The position numbers were made by a program, and so were the translations under genes. Below, piece by piece: positions 25,211 through 36,494 of a DNA stretch of 62,329 nucleotides. Where the stretch lies: positions 62,001 through 124,329 of the forward strand of contig NW_026857622.1 in assembly GCF_026571515.1 (NCBI RefSeq), read 5' to 3'. The notes beneath the pieces are model-generated. The model ran no database searches, was not told the DNA's origin, and saw nothing but the letters and a program-made list of their open reading frames with translations. The stretch comes from Ruditapes philippinarum (taxonomy: Eukaryota). The stretch's first letter is position 1. Every line of letters starts with the position of its first letter.

Positions 25211-25715
25211 GTATAACTAAACTAACCCCCAACCACCCCCGACCCCTTCACACCCCACATCTGTTAATTTTTCATATTGATCTGAAAAATTAGCTACTGG
25301 CCCACAATTCCGCATAGAAAATTGGTCAATTCTCAGCTGCCATTGGTCCGTTATTGACACATTTAACTTAACTAAGGATAGTCAAATTACGATTGTTCGA
25401 TAACAGTGCACGGGAATTGGTAAAATGCAATTGATTACTCGTACATATTCTCTCATAGAAAATCAAGTTTTTTGCGCACTTTTCTTTTGTAATTACTTCA
25501 ATCTTTTGTACCATATGAAATAATCACGTTAGGCGTTCAAATCTATCCTTAAAGAATCAACAAGAAATTAAAACTCATCCCCGCACGAGTTGATACTCCT
25601 AACACGTGATTGGGTTTTTAAACAGAACATTTATGATACGTGTTTTATTACTAAAGCAATGTAGCATGAAACACGTGTAAATATTATAATGACACGTGTT
25701 TTGTTATCATAACAG

Positions 25716-25790
25716 ATATGTATGTTGCACGAGTTAATGCCAGGAGCAGACGGTAGCAAGAGGTTTACGTCCCACTGTGAAACAGAAATA
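25716..25790 (+). CDS. Three-finger/CTL gene exon 9 (domain 3b)
   Basis: acag|ICMLHELMPGADGSKRFTSHCETEI|gtaagt, phase 0-0. Confidence 0.88.
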
Positions 25791-26667
25791 GTAAGTGTGT
25801 TTTTGCACTTCTTCTTTGCATTTCTTCTTCTTTGCAGTCACGTGACTTACTTTCGGGCTGTCACATGACGTATTTTCAGATACCTTTTTTTAGACTGTCA
25901 CATGGTGTAAATCCAGATAGTTTTTCGAAACTGTCAAATGAGGTACTTCCGGTTAGCTTTTCTATGCTGTCACATGACGTAGTTCCGGTTAGCCTTTTCT
26001 AAGCTCTGACATACGGCGTTCTTCCGGTTTAAAAGCGGAAATAGTTGTTATGTCTTTGCACTTTTTGGTTTGAATTTAACTCACTACAGTGTTGAAGCAT
26101 TGCAGAAATCATGATCACTAAGTAGAAAAATATCGCTTTTTTTTTCGCCGATTCTTACCTTTTCAGTCATTAACTTATATACATCGGTGTGAAAAAAAAA
26201 TGAAAAAGCCGTTTTAAAGGTGAAAATGCGATATTTTAGCATGTAATCATTCTATGCGTCTTGTCCGGTATATACTGGAAAACGGTTTTTAGTGTGATGC
26301 GCCAACACATTTTTTTAGCTTTACAAGGCTCTTCCGATTTTAGACTAAGATAATCGGTTTGTCTTTCAACATACTAGTACTTGGCGGTCGCATGGCGTTC
26401 TTCTGATTTTGAAAAAAAGGAAAAATATGGATCTGTCTGTTTGCTTTATCATATATCTGGTTTTGAAACGAAAATCTTTGGGCAATCAGCAGAATAACTC
26501 TTCAGCTAAAATAAAACACGAGCTAGCCATTAGGGAATTTCTGAAATTTGATGATAATGGCCAAAAATGCGTATTTAGCTTTGAATAAGACAATGTGATC
26601 GGATTGTGTGGTTTTTCTTATTGTGTTAATTTTTCTTCAATATAAGTTATTTATAATTTTTCTGAAG

Positions 26668-26832
26668 GTATGTCAAAATTTGAGAAATCACGCTAAAAAG
26701 AGCCGCACGTGTTTTGTCATATAAATTGAGCTGCAAGCAGGAAAATTTGTGTAACAATCATGCGGAAGTTATACGCCCCACTTTGCCAAGTGAACCACCC
26801 TACCAAGACCGAAACAAAACCCAAAATAACAT
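26668..26832 (+). CDS. Three-finger/CTL gene exon 10 (domain 3c), frame disrupted as assembled
   Basis: gaag|VCQNLRNHAKKSRTCFVI* (TAA at 26722), then SCKQENLCNN and PTLPSEPP in another frame, ending at|gtaagt. Length 165 gives phase 0 where phase 1 is required, so it contains indels. Confidence 0.65.
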
Positions 26833-27226
26833 GTAAGTGATTTTTTCATTTGTACAATTCTAAGCTATTTTGGGGTGTCCAATCGGTTAAGTCCGATAAA
26901 TTCCCCGGTGATGTTTCGTTTTATTTCTAAAGCAAGCGTAGTAACGGAAAACGCTCAGATTTATAACTTCGCCGCTTGGAGCAAATTTTTGTGATTTGTT
27001 AAAAAATTGAATTATTTGAAATAATAAAGGCATGAAAGATGGCGCTTATCCATTAACCAGTTTAAAGATTTCCGGACTTGTCGTCTGATTTATGGAAGAT
27101 TGATTTTCGTCACGTTTTTGGCGCATATGATATGTATGACGTTCTTTGTTACAATTACGTCACAAAGAGATTCAAACGAACAAAACAAGCTTTTTCATGA
27201 GACTCCCTCACACTTGATATTCATTT

Positions 27227-27429
27227 GAGCCGCGTCACGACAAAACCAACATAATGGGTTTGCGACCAGCATGGATCCAGACCAGCCTGCGCATCCGCAG
27301 GGCTATCAGTTTCTCTTATTGTTATAGGGTTTGTAAGCGAACAGCATGGATCCTGATCAGACTGCGCAGGCTGGTTTGGATCCATGCTGGTCGCAAACCC
27401 ATTATATTGGTTTTGTCGTGGCGCGGCTT
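27227..27429. mobile_element. Sola-like foldback MITE, copy 4
   Basis: Same family, TSD ATTT. Confidence 0.85.
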
Positions 27430-28325
27430 ATTTTATATTTCGCCAAATGAAATACAGTGATATCTATAATTGAATTATTTCCTTCGAAACGAAACTCAAA
27501 AAAGATAACTTTCCTCCGATAAAAAAAAAACCGTCCCCCGACAACACAGCCCGTTTCCAACAAAAAACCCCCAACCAACAAACAAACCACCAACGAAAGA
27601 CAACACCCAAAAAACAAAGACAATTCAACAACCCAACAAAAAACACAAACACGTAGTTGTTAATATTATACATAACCCCACATATAAACAGAATCCATAA
27701 CTTGTGAAACTAAATTTTATAGGAAGCTTTTAATATATATTTCAGTTTATTTACTCACTAGCGTCCGTCTCAGTCGAAGTTTTTAAAGGGGCCTTCAGCT
27801 ATTTTCTATTAGCAGAACAGTTCTGTGTTGTTTCAATCTAAGTATTTCAGTAATGTAACCTGAGAAAATTCTTTTATATGAAGCTTTTAATATCCATTTC
27901 GGTAATTTACTCATTAGCGTCCGCCTCAGTCGAAATTTTAAAGCGGCCTTCAACTTTTATTTTCTGTTGACAAAGCACTACTGTGCTGTTTCAATCCAAG
28001 TATGCCAATAATTTAACCTGACAAAAGTGCATCATATCACTGTTAAACATTCTTCAAAACAGAGCCCCGAAAGCTAATTAAAGCGTGCAGTGAATCTAAA
28101 AATAGATTGGGGAACGATTCGTCCGATTTACGAATTTATTTATAGATTCCGGTAAATTTACAGACTATTTACCATGTTTTCGCCAGTATTTTCCGAACGG
28201 GATCAAATGCGAGCTATTTGACATCATTTCCCCCGGTATTTGTGGAATAGGTAAACCATGTGCTATTCCATATCAAACATCAGAACTTAAAATTAAAAAA
28301 AAAGATTTTCGTTGTGTTATTACAG

Positions 28326-28417
28326 ATCACGTAAATTATCCAATTATGTGTTACTCTTGTGAGGAAACATTGGATCCAAAATCCTGCAGACACCTAGTGA
28401 CTTGCCAAAAAGGATTT
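28326..28417 (+). CDS. Three-finger/CTL gene exon 11 (domain 4a)
   Basis: acag|(x)HVNYPIMCYSCEETLDPKSCRHLVTCQKGF|gtatgt, phase 1-0. Confidence 0.9.
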
Positions 28418-30189
28418 GTATGTATATTTGCTTGTTATAATTACCAAAAAAATAGTTTCTTAGATATTTTTTAATGTTCTTTCCTTTGCGACAGTTTTCT
28501 TCTTTATGCGCTTTACATGTATTTACTACTATTAAGCTACTGTATATTCAGACATACTTGGCGTTCCATAACAAAGACAGATAACATGTACTTACGTGCA
28601 CACATATTAGGACGAAAAGAGTCCTGCCTAATGAACTTTCTATAAATAGACAAGTGCTCTCTTCTAGAACTCAAATGAACAGAGTTCTACATAAAAAGAG
28701 TTATTGTAGTTTTAAGTATAAAAATGTCGCTACCTGGATGTGTTAAAAGAAAGTTATGTGGGTTTTTAGTATATATTAACCTAATATGAAATTAGGCAAA
28801 GTCTATGAATGGGGAAGTCAAATACAAAAACGTTCAATTTTAATTTAAATTCACATTTTTCGTTTTAAAGGTGCAGTTCGGTATTTCATGCATCACTTCC
28901 GTTTTTCAAGGAACACCTCGACGATTATTCTTAAACCGAAAAGTTGCGATTGTTCTGTTATCGGAATACCCCGCCGTTTATCATTAAAATAACATTAAAA
29001 ATGGCACCCCCACAGCAAGAAATTATACTGAAATTTCAAAGATAGGTATCGAATTCTCCCTATTTTTTATTGTTTTTATTTGATTTCCTGTTCAATATAC
29101 ACGTGTAGTCTATAGCCGGGCAAGACAAAGGCTCGTGCCCGCGAATGACTTCCTGTACAAGTATTCAAAACAAGTAAAATGGTTCCCTGCGGTGAACATT
29201 TTAATGATATAAAGATATTTCATTTAACTATTTTCAACATTATTTGGGGGTAGGGGGAATCAACGTTTGTATCTGGAATTTTGTTGACAATTGAATAAAC
29301 GATATAGAAGAAGGTCTTTGGAAACTGGTGACCATTGAAGACCGGAGAAGGTCGAACATAAACAATTATTTCTTTTAAAGAAAATGATTAAATAGGACTA
29401 CCATTATATGAATAATTCCGAGCAAAAAATAAATAAAGTAAACACACAAGTTTACGCAGAAAATATCTCTATTTATTATGGCAGATGGCACTACGCATAT
29501 TTTAATTTTGTAGATTTTCACTGGGACATACTATAACTACTTATCGTATGTCCCAGATTTTCAGTAAAATTTGTGTAAAATTTGAGATAGATATCAAAGA
29601 AACATAGATAACTTTCAAACACATCTTTCAATTTTTACCACCTTAAACGGTAAAATAATTATGTAAAATTAGAAATATCACGTAATAGTTTTTTGTTCTT
29701 AATTAGGTGTAATTCGGACTAATTCCCTACAGGTAAATCCGTAACCGGCAAACGGTATTTTGCTTGGTTTTCGAAAAGGTCAATTAACCAATCGGTTAAC
29801 AGATCACATGCTCCTCCATGTACCGAAAACAGGTCACGTGCTCCTCCATGCCTCAAAAGTTAAACGCGCAGGGAATAATGTACATGTAGTATCAAATTGC
29901 AATAGATTGTGTAATCTTTGTGTGAAAAGATCGCGTACATATATGAAATGAAAAAGGCAAATCCTCAAGCGAGCTCGATTTACTTTTACTGTGAAATAGT
30001 ATAAAATAATTTTTATTTTACATTTTCCGTTTTAAAATTGCCATTCGGTACTTAATACACTGAATGCATTCAAAATAAGCGTAAGTAACGGACAGATACG
30101 AAGTTTTACGGAAATTGACGAAGTTTGCCGAACTAGTACGAGCGATTGATGAATGACATAATTATCTATATAATTTTATTGTTTTAAAG

Positions 30190-30264
30190 GGTTGCATGTT
30201 ACAAGCGGTTGGACACAACGCGGATTTGCAAACAGTATACAAATCTTCGTGTGAACCTGACTGG
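30190..30264 (+). CDS. Three-finger/CTL gene exon 12 (domain 4b)
   Basis: aaag|GCMLQAVGHNADLQTVYKSSCEPDW|gtaaaa, phase 0-0. Confidence 0.85.
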
Positions 30265-30954
30265 GTAAAAATATTTACAAATTTTGTAACGGTTATTTAT
30301 GCATGGCAAAAACCTGATACCATACAATTACTTGTCTAAAATTATAACTAAAGTTCGGCAAAATTATTACAAAATCATATCTTGTGACCGTTGGTTTTTA
30401 ATCATTAACTGCTGCCACGAATAGCGACAGAGTATGTGTGTGTATTTGCGTTTATTTATACTCGCCACCGATTTGCACATATGGGCGAGTCCCATAGAGT
30501 GTTAGTCATTTTAGATTTTGGAGAATAGTGCAAGATACAGATACAGAAAGATGTCCCAATTCTAGAAGCTTCTCTGGCTTTTTAGCTTGCCAAGTGTTTT
30601 AGCACTCATACAGGGAACCTCGAATAAATGTCTCATCCAAAAGACTGATTAGTAATTTTAGTTGGCAAGCCTGGGAATCGAACCCATAATATCGAGATTA
30701 CAAATCTCGCGTTCTACGGATCGAGCCTTGCAGACTAGCTTATATGCTAATGAACAAGTGGGCGTTGATTTACATACCATGATCACGTGTGCATCTAAAT
30801 ACATTCTTTACTGGCACCTTGGTAGAATCATGACCGTATCACTTCCGGTAAGAATCGGTTGGTGAGCATTCAAGGGCAAGATATTTGACGTAGGTGACTT
30901 AAACTACCGTGCTATGCAGGCCCAACCATAAATTCCTATTACTTTATTCTTCAG

Positions 30955-31258
30955 CTTTGTAACAGAATGCCCCACTCCTCTGATGAATTGATAGGGAAAA
31001 GAGCAGGAACACCGGAGGTGGCAAAACGGTCTAGCACATGCAACAAATGCTGTCATCAACATCTGTGTAATGGTCACTGTGATAAATCAACACAACATGT
31101 GTCACAACACCACACAACACCAACCCCCATACCAACAACCCATAAAACAACAACACACACCAGACCGACGACTACGAATACATTTTCAGCGACGCCACTT
31201 CATGTTAAAACACATGCACCTACTTTCGCGCATGCGCAGCCAACTGTACATTATAAGC
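30955..31258 (+). CDS. Three-finger/CTL gene exon 13 (domain 4c + Thr/His/Pro-rich linker)
   Basis: ttcag|LCNRMPHSSDELIGKRAGTPEVAKRSSTCNKCCHQHLCNGHCDKSTQHVSQHHTTPTPIPTTHKTTTH...PTVHYK|gtaagt, phase 0-1. Confidence 0.92.
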
Positions 31259-31499
31259 GTAAGTTAACAAATATCAAATAAATATTGCAATTTCTTTCAT
31301 TTTATACTTTGGTATTTACATACCACGCGATGAAAATAAATCCAGTAGCCACTGTCACTTTTGAAATATTTATTTTCATACCACTTGATAAAATTATATC
31401 CCGTATTTATAGAAAAACAATGAATTTTCTGTTAATTATATACCTTTTCTCTCTTTTCTTACGTTATAATATGAAATAATTCCGTTCTAATTTCGAGTT

Positions 31500-31650
31500 G
31501 GCTGAATTTTAAAGGAAGAAGTCCGACAAGACACCAGTGAAAATACGGAAAATATGTTTCACTGTAGTGAAAAAAAATATATTTTTTACAGCGAAAATAT
31601 GGAAAAGGAAAACATGCATTTTATTTCATCAATATTTCTCAAATTTCATT
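31500..31650 (+). repeat. Dispersed repeat, also at ~43420-43570 and ~46648-46780
   Basis: GCTGAATTT..AGTCCG.CAAGACA.CAGTGAAA.TACGGAAAATATGTTTCACT.AGTGAAA shared by three loci. Confidence 0.8.
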
Positions 31651-31675
31651 TATTTGTACATTAATAATACTATCC

Positions 31676-31835
31676 CAGGAACCATGGGTTCGAGCCCTTC
31701 TTGGGTCACGGCCATGTTTCTTCATATATAATTATGACACCAGTACTGGTTGGTTCCAGGAAGCGGACTCAAAAATGATTAATATAAGTTCCAAGAACTT
31801 GTTTCGCAATCGAGCTTAAATAAATATGTTTAAAC
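31676..31835 (+). mobile_element. 5'-truncated copy of the same SINE, just upstream of the exon 14 acceptor
   Basis: GGGTTCGAGCCC...CCAGTACTGGTTGGTTCCAGGAAGCGGACTC...GCAATCGAGC matches 8071-8263. Confidence 0.85.
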
Positions 31836-31869
31836 CATTACTATTCAATCAGGATTTTACTCGTTTCAG

Positions 31870-32058
31870 ATGAAAACTGTATAAAGCACAATTTCACCAG
31901 TATCCCGTACATCAACCTGTGTTTTAAACTAGAGACGGTCTCTTTAAGCTGGACGGTTGCTGAACGCTGGTGTGGATTCTACGGGGCTACATTAGCAGTG
32001 CTGGACGAGCCCGGCAAGTTCAGTGTCGTTGAGACGGTCCTTAGATATGAACCCCATT
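31870..32058 (+). CDS. Three-finger/CTL gene exon 14 (C-type lectin domain, N-half)
   Basis: ttcag|(H)ENCIKHNFTSIPYINLCFKLETVSLSWTVAERWCGFYGATLAVLDEPGKFSVVETVLRYEPH|gtaagt; CF..SW..A..WC...GA.LA CTLD signature. Confidence 0.92.
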
Positions 32059-32407
32059 GTAAGTGCATTATTTTTGACCGAAATTAAAAATTTAGATGGA
32101 CGAGGGTCAGGGAATTTCATAGCACGTTTATTTTTTGCGCATGTCATCAGGAAAGGGAACATTAAAAGCTTGAGAAATAGTGATTAAAACATTTTTGAGG
32201 CATAATGAGCCTTTGAAGATTCTTTGTAGCAATAAAAGGAGGTATACGTTTGGGTGAACGGAGTGGACGATCGATTCTTTTTCTCATTACAGGTAAAATA
32301 TTTCATAACAAATAGAAGGAGCTTTCTTTTATCGAGCTTGGAATGTTTTTACTAAATTTGCACTCGATTTCACGTTAAAACATTTTTGTTAATATTTTTA
32401 TTTCCAG

Positions 32408-32628
32408 TTCGAAACGAAGTCGTTTATACCGGTGGGCATGATCAATACGGAAATGGTACCTTTTACTGGCCGCACCAACGACTTCTTTCTTTAGGAAGTT
32501 GGTCGGGTTTGAACTTCCAACGTTCAACGGGAAAGTGCATTGCTCTGGATGGGACAAACGGATTCCGAATGGCTTTTGTTGACTGTGATAAATATAGAAA
32601 GTTTATTTGTTCAATAGATACGTCATAA
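32408..32628 (+). CDS. Three-finger/CTL gene exon 15 (C-type lectin domain, C-half, stop)
   Basis: ccag|(F)RNEVVYTGGHDQYGNGTFYWPHQRLLSLGSWSGLNFQRSTGKCIALDGTNGFRMAFVDCDKYRKFICSIDTS*; G..D...G.F.W, C, DC...FIC pattern. Confidence 0.92.
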
Positions 32629-32685
32629 CAATAGTAATTTTATACAACAAAAAATGCTTCAGTTTTTACATAATTAATGTGTTAA

Positions 32686-32954
32686 AGCTGCATGTCTCCA
32701 GATGAGCCAAAATATTTCAAGAAAATTCAAACTTTAAAAATTCACTAAGATTTTAAGAAAAGTGAAAAAGATTCAAGATCAAAGTAATAATTAACATGTT
32801 ATGTGCGATTTATGGCCCATTTTGTAGCACTTATCATGATATTTCTACAGCGTGACTAACGCAGTAAGAACTATTTTTGGATAGTTTGACATCTTTTTGG
32901 TAATTTACGTGGACTGTTCACTTGTCATAAGTATGAATCGGGAGGCATGCTGCT
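32686..32954. mobile_element. TTAA-flanked MITE just after the CTL gene stop codon (likely 3' UTR); partial copy starts at ~54261
   Basis: TTAA|AGCTGCATGTCTCC ... GGAGGCATGCTGCT|TTAA. Confidence 0.75.
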
Positions 32955-35045
32955 TTAATATGTAAGTCTATTGATGCAATCAGATATGCATAAATTTATG
33001 ATTACCCACATTGAGCACCATACATGCGTTTCAGGGAATCATATTCAATAACGAACTTCTTGTTACATGAGATTCTTACAACAAAATATAATCATCAAGG
33101 AACGACAACTGTGTTATGGGAATTTCGTATGCAACAACTAAAAAAAACAACATTTTCCCGAGGGATAAGATTTTAATAATTGTGAGAATTTAAGGTTTTC
33201 ACGAAATTGAATGGTCCTTAAGTATATGTAAGTAGAAAATCGCGGATAGCTTTCTAAATCTTTCCAATTTATCCGAAATGTTGATTTCGCGAAAATTGTG
33301 GCATCGCGGAATGATTTAAAAATTTAAAAAATGACTTTTTTTAAAATTTGATCCTGATGACAACATAGCTAATATGAACCACTCTAAAGTCCGTTTCTCG
33401 GAACAAATCCGTACCACTGTGATTATCAAGACCGATTAGGTCCCCGGGTTTAGAGGCAGACACCTTAACCATAGGCATCTCTCCGTTATCTAGTTATTTC
33501 AAACTTCAATACCACACAATATAACTTAGGCATAACATTTATAAAATGCATATACTCGTTTACATGTATAAACATAGGATAAGCCTGAACTACAACTGCG
33601 AGACAAGAAAACCACTGAGAAAAAGCCCTTATGTTTCTTCATTTAAAAGGACTGTGTAGGGAAATTATAAGTCCTGTGTTTTAGGCCATAACAATTTTAT
33701 AATGTAAGCATGACCCCACACTCACCCCCATCTCCAACTATATGATATCATCTGTTCAACGAAAGAAATAAACTATAGAACAATACCATTTATATGTGAA
33801 CAACTGCTCCGTACAGTCAACATATTTTTTCATAACAAATAACGTTCCGCAACTCTTAACACACTAATAAAAGAAGGGTAACAAGAGTTGTCGTTCGTTG
33901 TCCCGCCATTATGAGAGAGTAACATGTGTCAGTGTCACATTTGCAATAATGTGCCAGCCTTGTTCTAAATAAAGATCGATTATGAAATTTTCTCACAATA
34001 TAAGTACTGAAAGAAATAGCTCTACAACAAAAAAAACAGACTATAAACCGAAATCACATTTAATATTTCGTGAACTTGAGATGCCTTCATTTTATATTCT
34101 TATTTAAATTTACAAAGTAAATTTATGAAAAAAAAATCCATAATATTTATGTGTGTAAAACATATTTAGATCTTCTATTTAGAGGTTATTTTTACGATTT
34201 CATCAATTAAATTCCAATCCGCTATTTGGACTAAACACTACAGTGATGTTTTTTTAGGTTGAATCATGACAGTGATCCAAGTGGAGCTCAAACTTGGGTT
34301 ACCTAGGTAGAAAGAAACCTTAGTGTCAAACTTTATTGGGCCTCATAATTATTCACTTTATTACGTCACTATGTCGTTCTATGAAGTACTATGAAAAATA
34401 GAAGTCGACTATGAACGGAATTCGATATAGTATCTACTTCTGTTCTTCTATGAAAATTAACGCAAAGGATTTTTTAAAAATACAGCGTTTTCATTGGATA
34501 TCAAATAAAGCTGGACACTAAAACATAAGCTTTTAGTCAAACACGACACTCATCTTGTCCCTGAATGCCTTACACTCAAACCAGGTGTATAAAATATTAT
34601 GCATAATATGCATATTAGCTATTAAAGGCTACATATATTAAATAATAATATAAGACATATTTACATAAACATGTACACAAACTAACATAAAAAGCCATTT
34701 TTTCGTCCATCAACATTCGTTTCATTTCTGCACAAATTTCAAATTGTCACGGCTTGCACATCTTATATGACGTCATCTACAATTTTCATATCGTCACAGC
34801 TTGCACATCATATCATAAATGATGTCATCTGCAATTTTTTAAATCGTCACTGTTTGCACATCATATCATATATGACGTCATCAACAATTTTAAAATAGTC
34901 ACTACTTGCACATTATATTATATATGACGTCATATACACAATTCAAAATCGACATTGATGGCACATTGTGTTATATGACGTCATCTTGACATCTACTTTT
35001 CCTATATTATATCTTTTAAACTTATTAAGAATGAATCATTTCCGG

Positions 35046-35202
35046 TCAGTAACCGGACCAGCCCTGCTCCATCGGTGTATACCGTAACTCTTGCACCATA
35101 CTATCACGTGGCAGTGCGAGCTCATGTGAACGGAAGTGACGTGGACTTGCCATCTCTACCCATAAATCCGTCTGATGCAAACTTGATGATGGCGTCGATG
35201 AT
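35046..35202 (-). CDS. Last exon (cytoplasmic tail) of the sushi membrane protein
   Basis: ttccag|(R)SSTPSSSLHQTDLWVEMASPRHFRSHELALPRDSMVQELRYTPMEQGWSGY*, phase 2 compatible. Confidence 0.8.
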
Positions 35203-35499
35203 CTGGAAAAAATAAAGCATCGAAATTCAAATTATAATTATTATGACAGCTGACATGCAGTTTTGTTAAAAAAGAATTTGATGAATTTCAAAAAGAAAGC
35301 CCTCAAAATTAACCATATGAAATATGACCATTTTGCAAGTCATTCAATATTTATGATAAAAATACTGCTCAAAAGAAATTACAATACCAGTCTCGGTAGA
35401 AATTAGGTACGAATTACAGTGCATATTACAGTAAAAAGATGAAAAGCAGTTTACAGTACCAATAACGTACATAATACGTACGAAATTGCAAATCAGGTA

Positions 35500-36200
35500 A
35501 CAGTATTAGAATATTGTTCAGATAACAGTCGATATTACAAAAAAGATTAAAGTATCAATTAGATACAGAATACTGTGCAGATTATGGTCGAAATTACAAA
35601 ACAGATTACAGTATCAATTAGGCAAAAATACTGTACAGATTAAAGTTGAAATTACAAAACAAATTACAGAACCAATTAGATATTCAATACTGCGTAGATT
35701 ACGGTCGAAATCACAAAACATATTACAGTACGAATTACGTACAGAATACTGTGCAGATAACGGTCGAAATTACAAAACAGATTATGTACAGTACCAATAA
35801 CGTACATAATAATTTGCAGATTACGGTCGAAATAACAACCAGTTCGGTACATAATGCTGTGTAGATTACAGTCGAAATTACAAAACAAAATTACAGTACC
35901 AGTTTGGTACATAATAATTTGCAGATAACGGTTGAAATTACAAAACAGATTACAGTACGAATTACGTACAGAATACTGTGCAGATAACGGTCGAAATTAC
36001 AAAACAGATTACAGTACCAATTACGTACAGAATACTGTGCAGATTACGATCGAAATTACAATACAGATTACAGTACCAACTAGATACATAATACAGTGCA
36101 GATTACGGTCGAAATAACAATACAAATTAAAACATAATATAAAACAAAGATGACAAAATTTCAATACAGATTACAGTACGGATTGCAGCAGAAATTACAG
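35500..36200. repeat. 59-bp minisatellite in the last intron of the sushi gene
   Basis: CTGTGCAGATAACGGTCGAAATTACAAAACAGATTACAGTAC...; period 59 (35976 and 36035). Confidence 0.9.
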
Positions 36201-36310
36201 TTAAAATTAAGGTAAATAGCAGATGTTATTCATGTTTATGAATTGATATGAAAAATTGTCGATTCAGATTAAAAACAAATAAAAACAAAATAGGTAAACA
36301 ATGACTTTAC

Positions 36311-36494
36311 CTTGTGCTTTCAAATGGAAATGGTGACTTCCGCTTCTGTTTCTTAAGCAGATGGAATGAATAACACAGTAAAGAGATGAGCAAGATGCAG
36401 ACGACAAGGAGAATAATGAGCGCGGCAAGATACGGCAAGATGCTGGAATACCACGTGGTCATCCGCTCTACGTCGTCCGTACCATTACGGCCAC
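36311..36494 (-). CDS. Transmembrane exon of the sushi membrane protein
   Basis: ttcag|(G)GRNGTDDVERMTTWYSSILPYLAALIILLVVCILLISLLCYSFHLLKKQKRKSPFPFEST|gtaaag; hydrophobic span followed by a basic stop-transfer cluster, phase 1-2. Confidence 0.85.
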
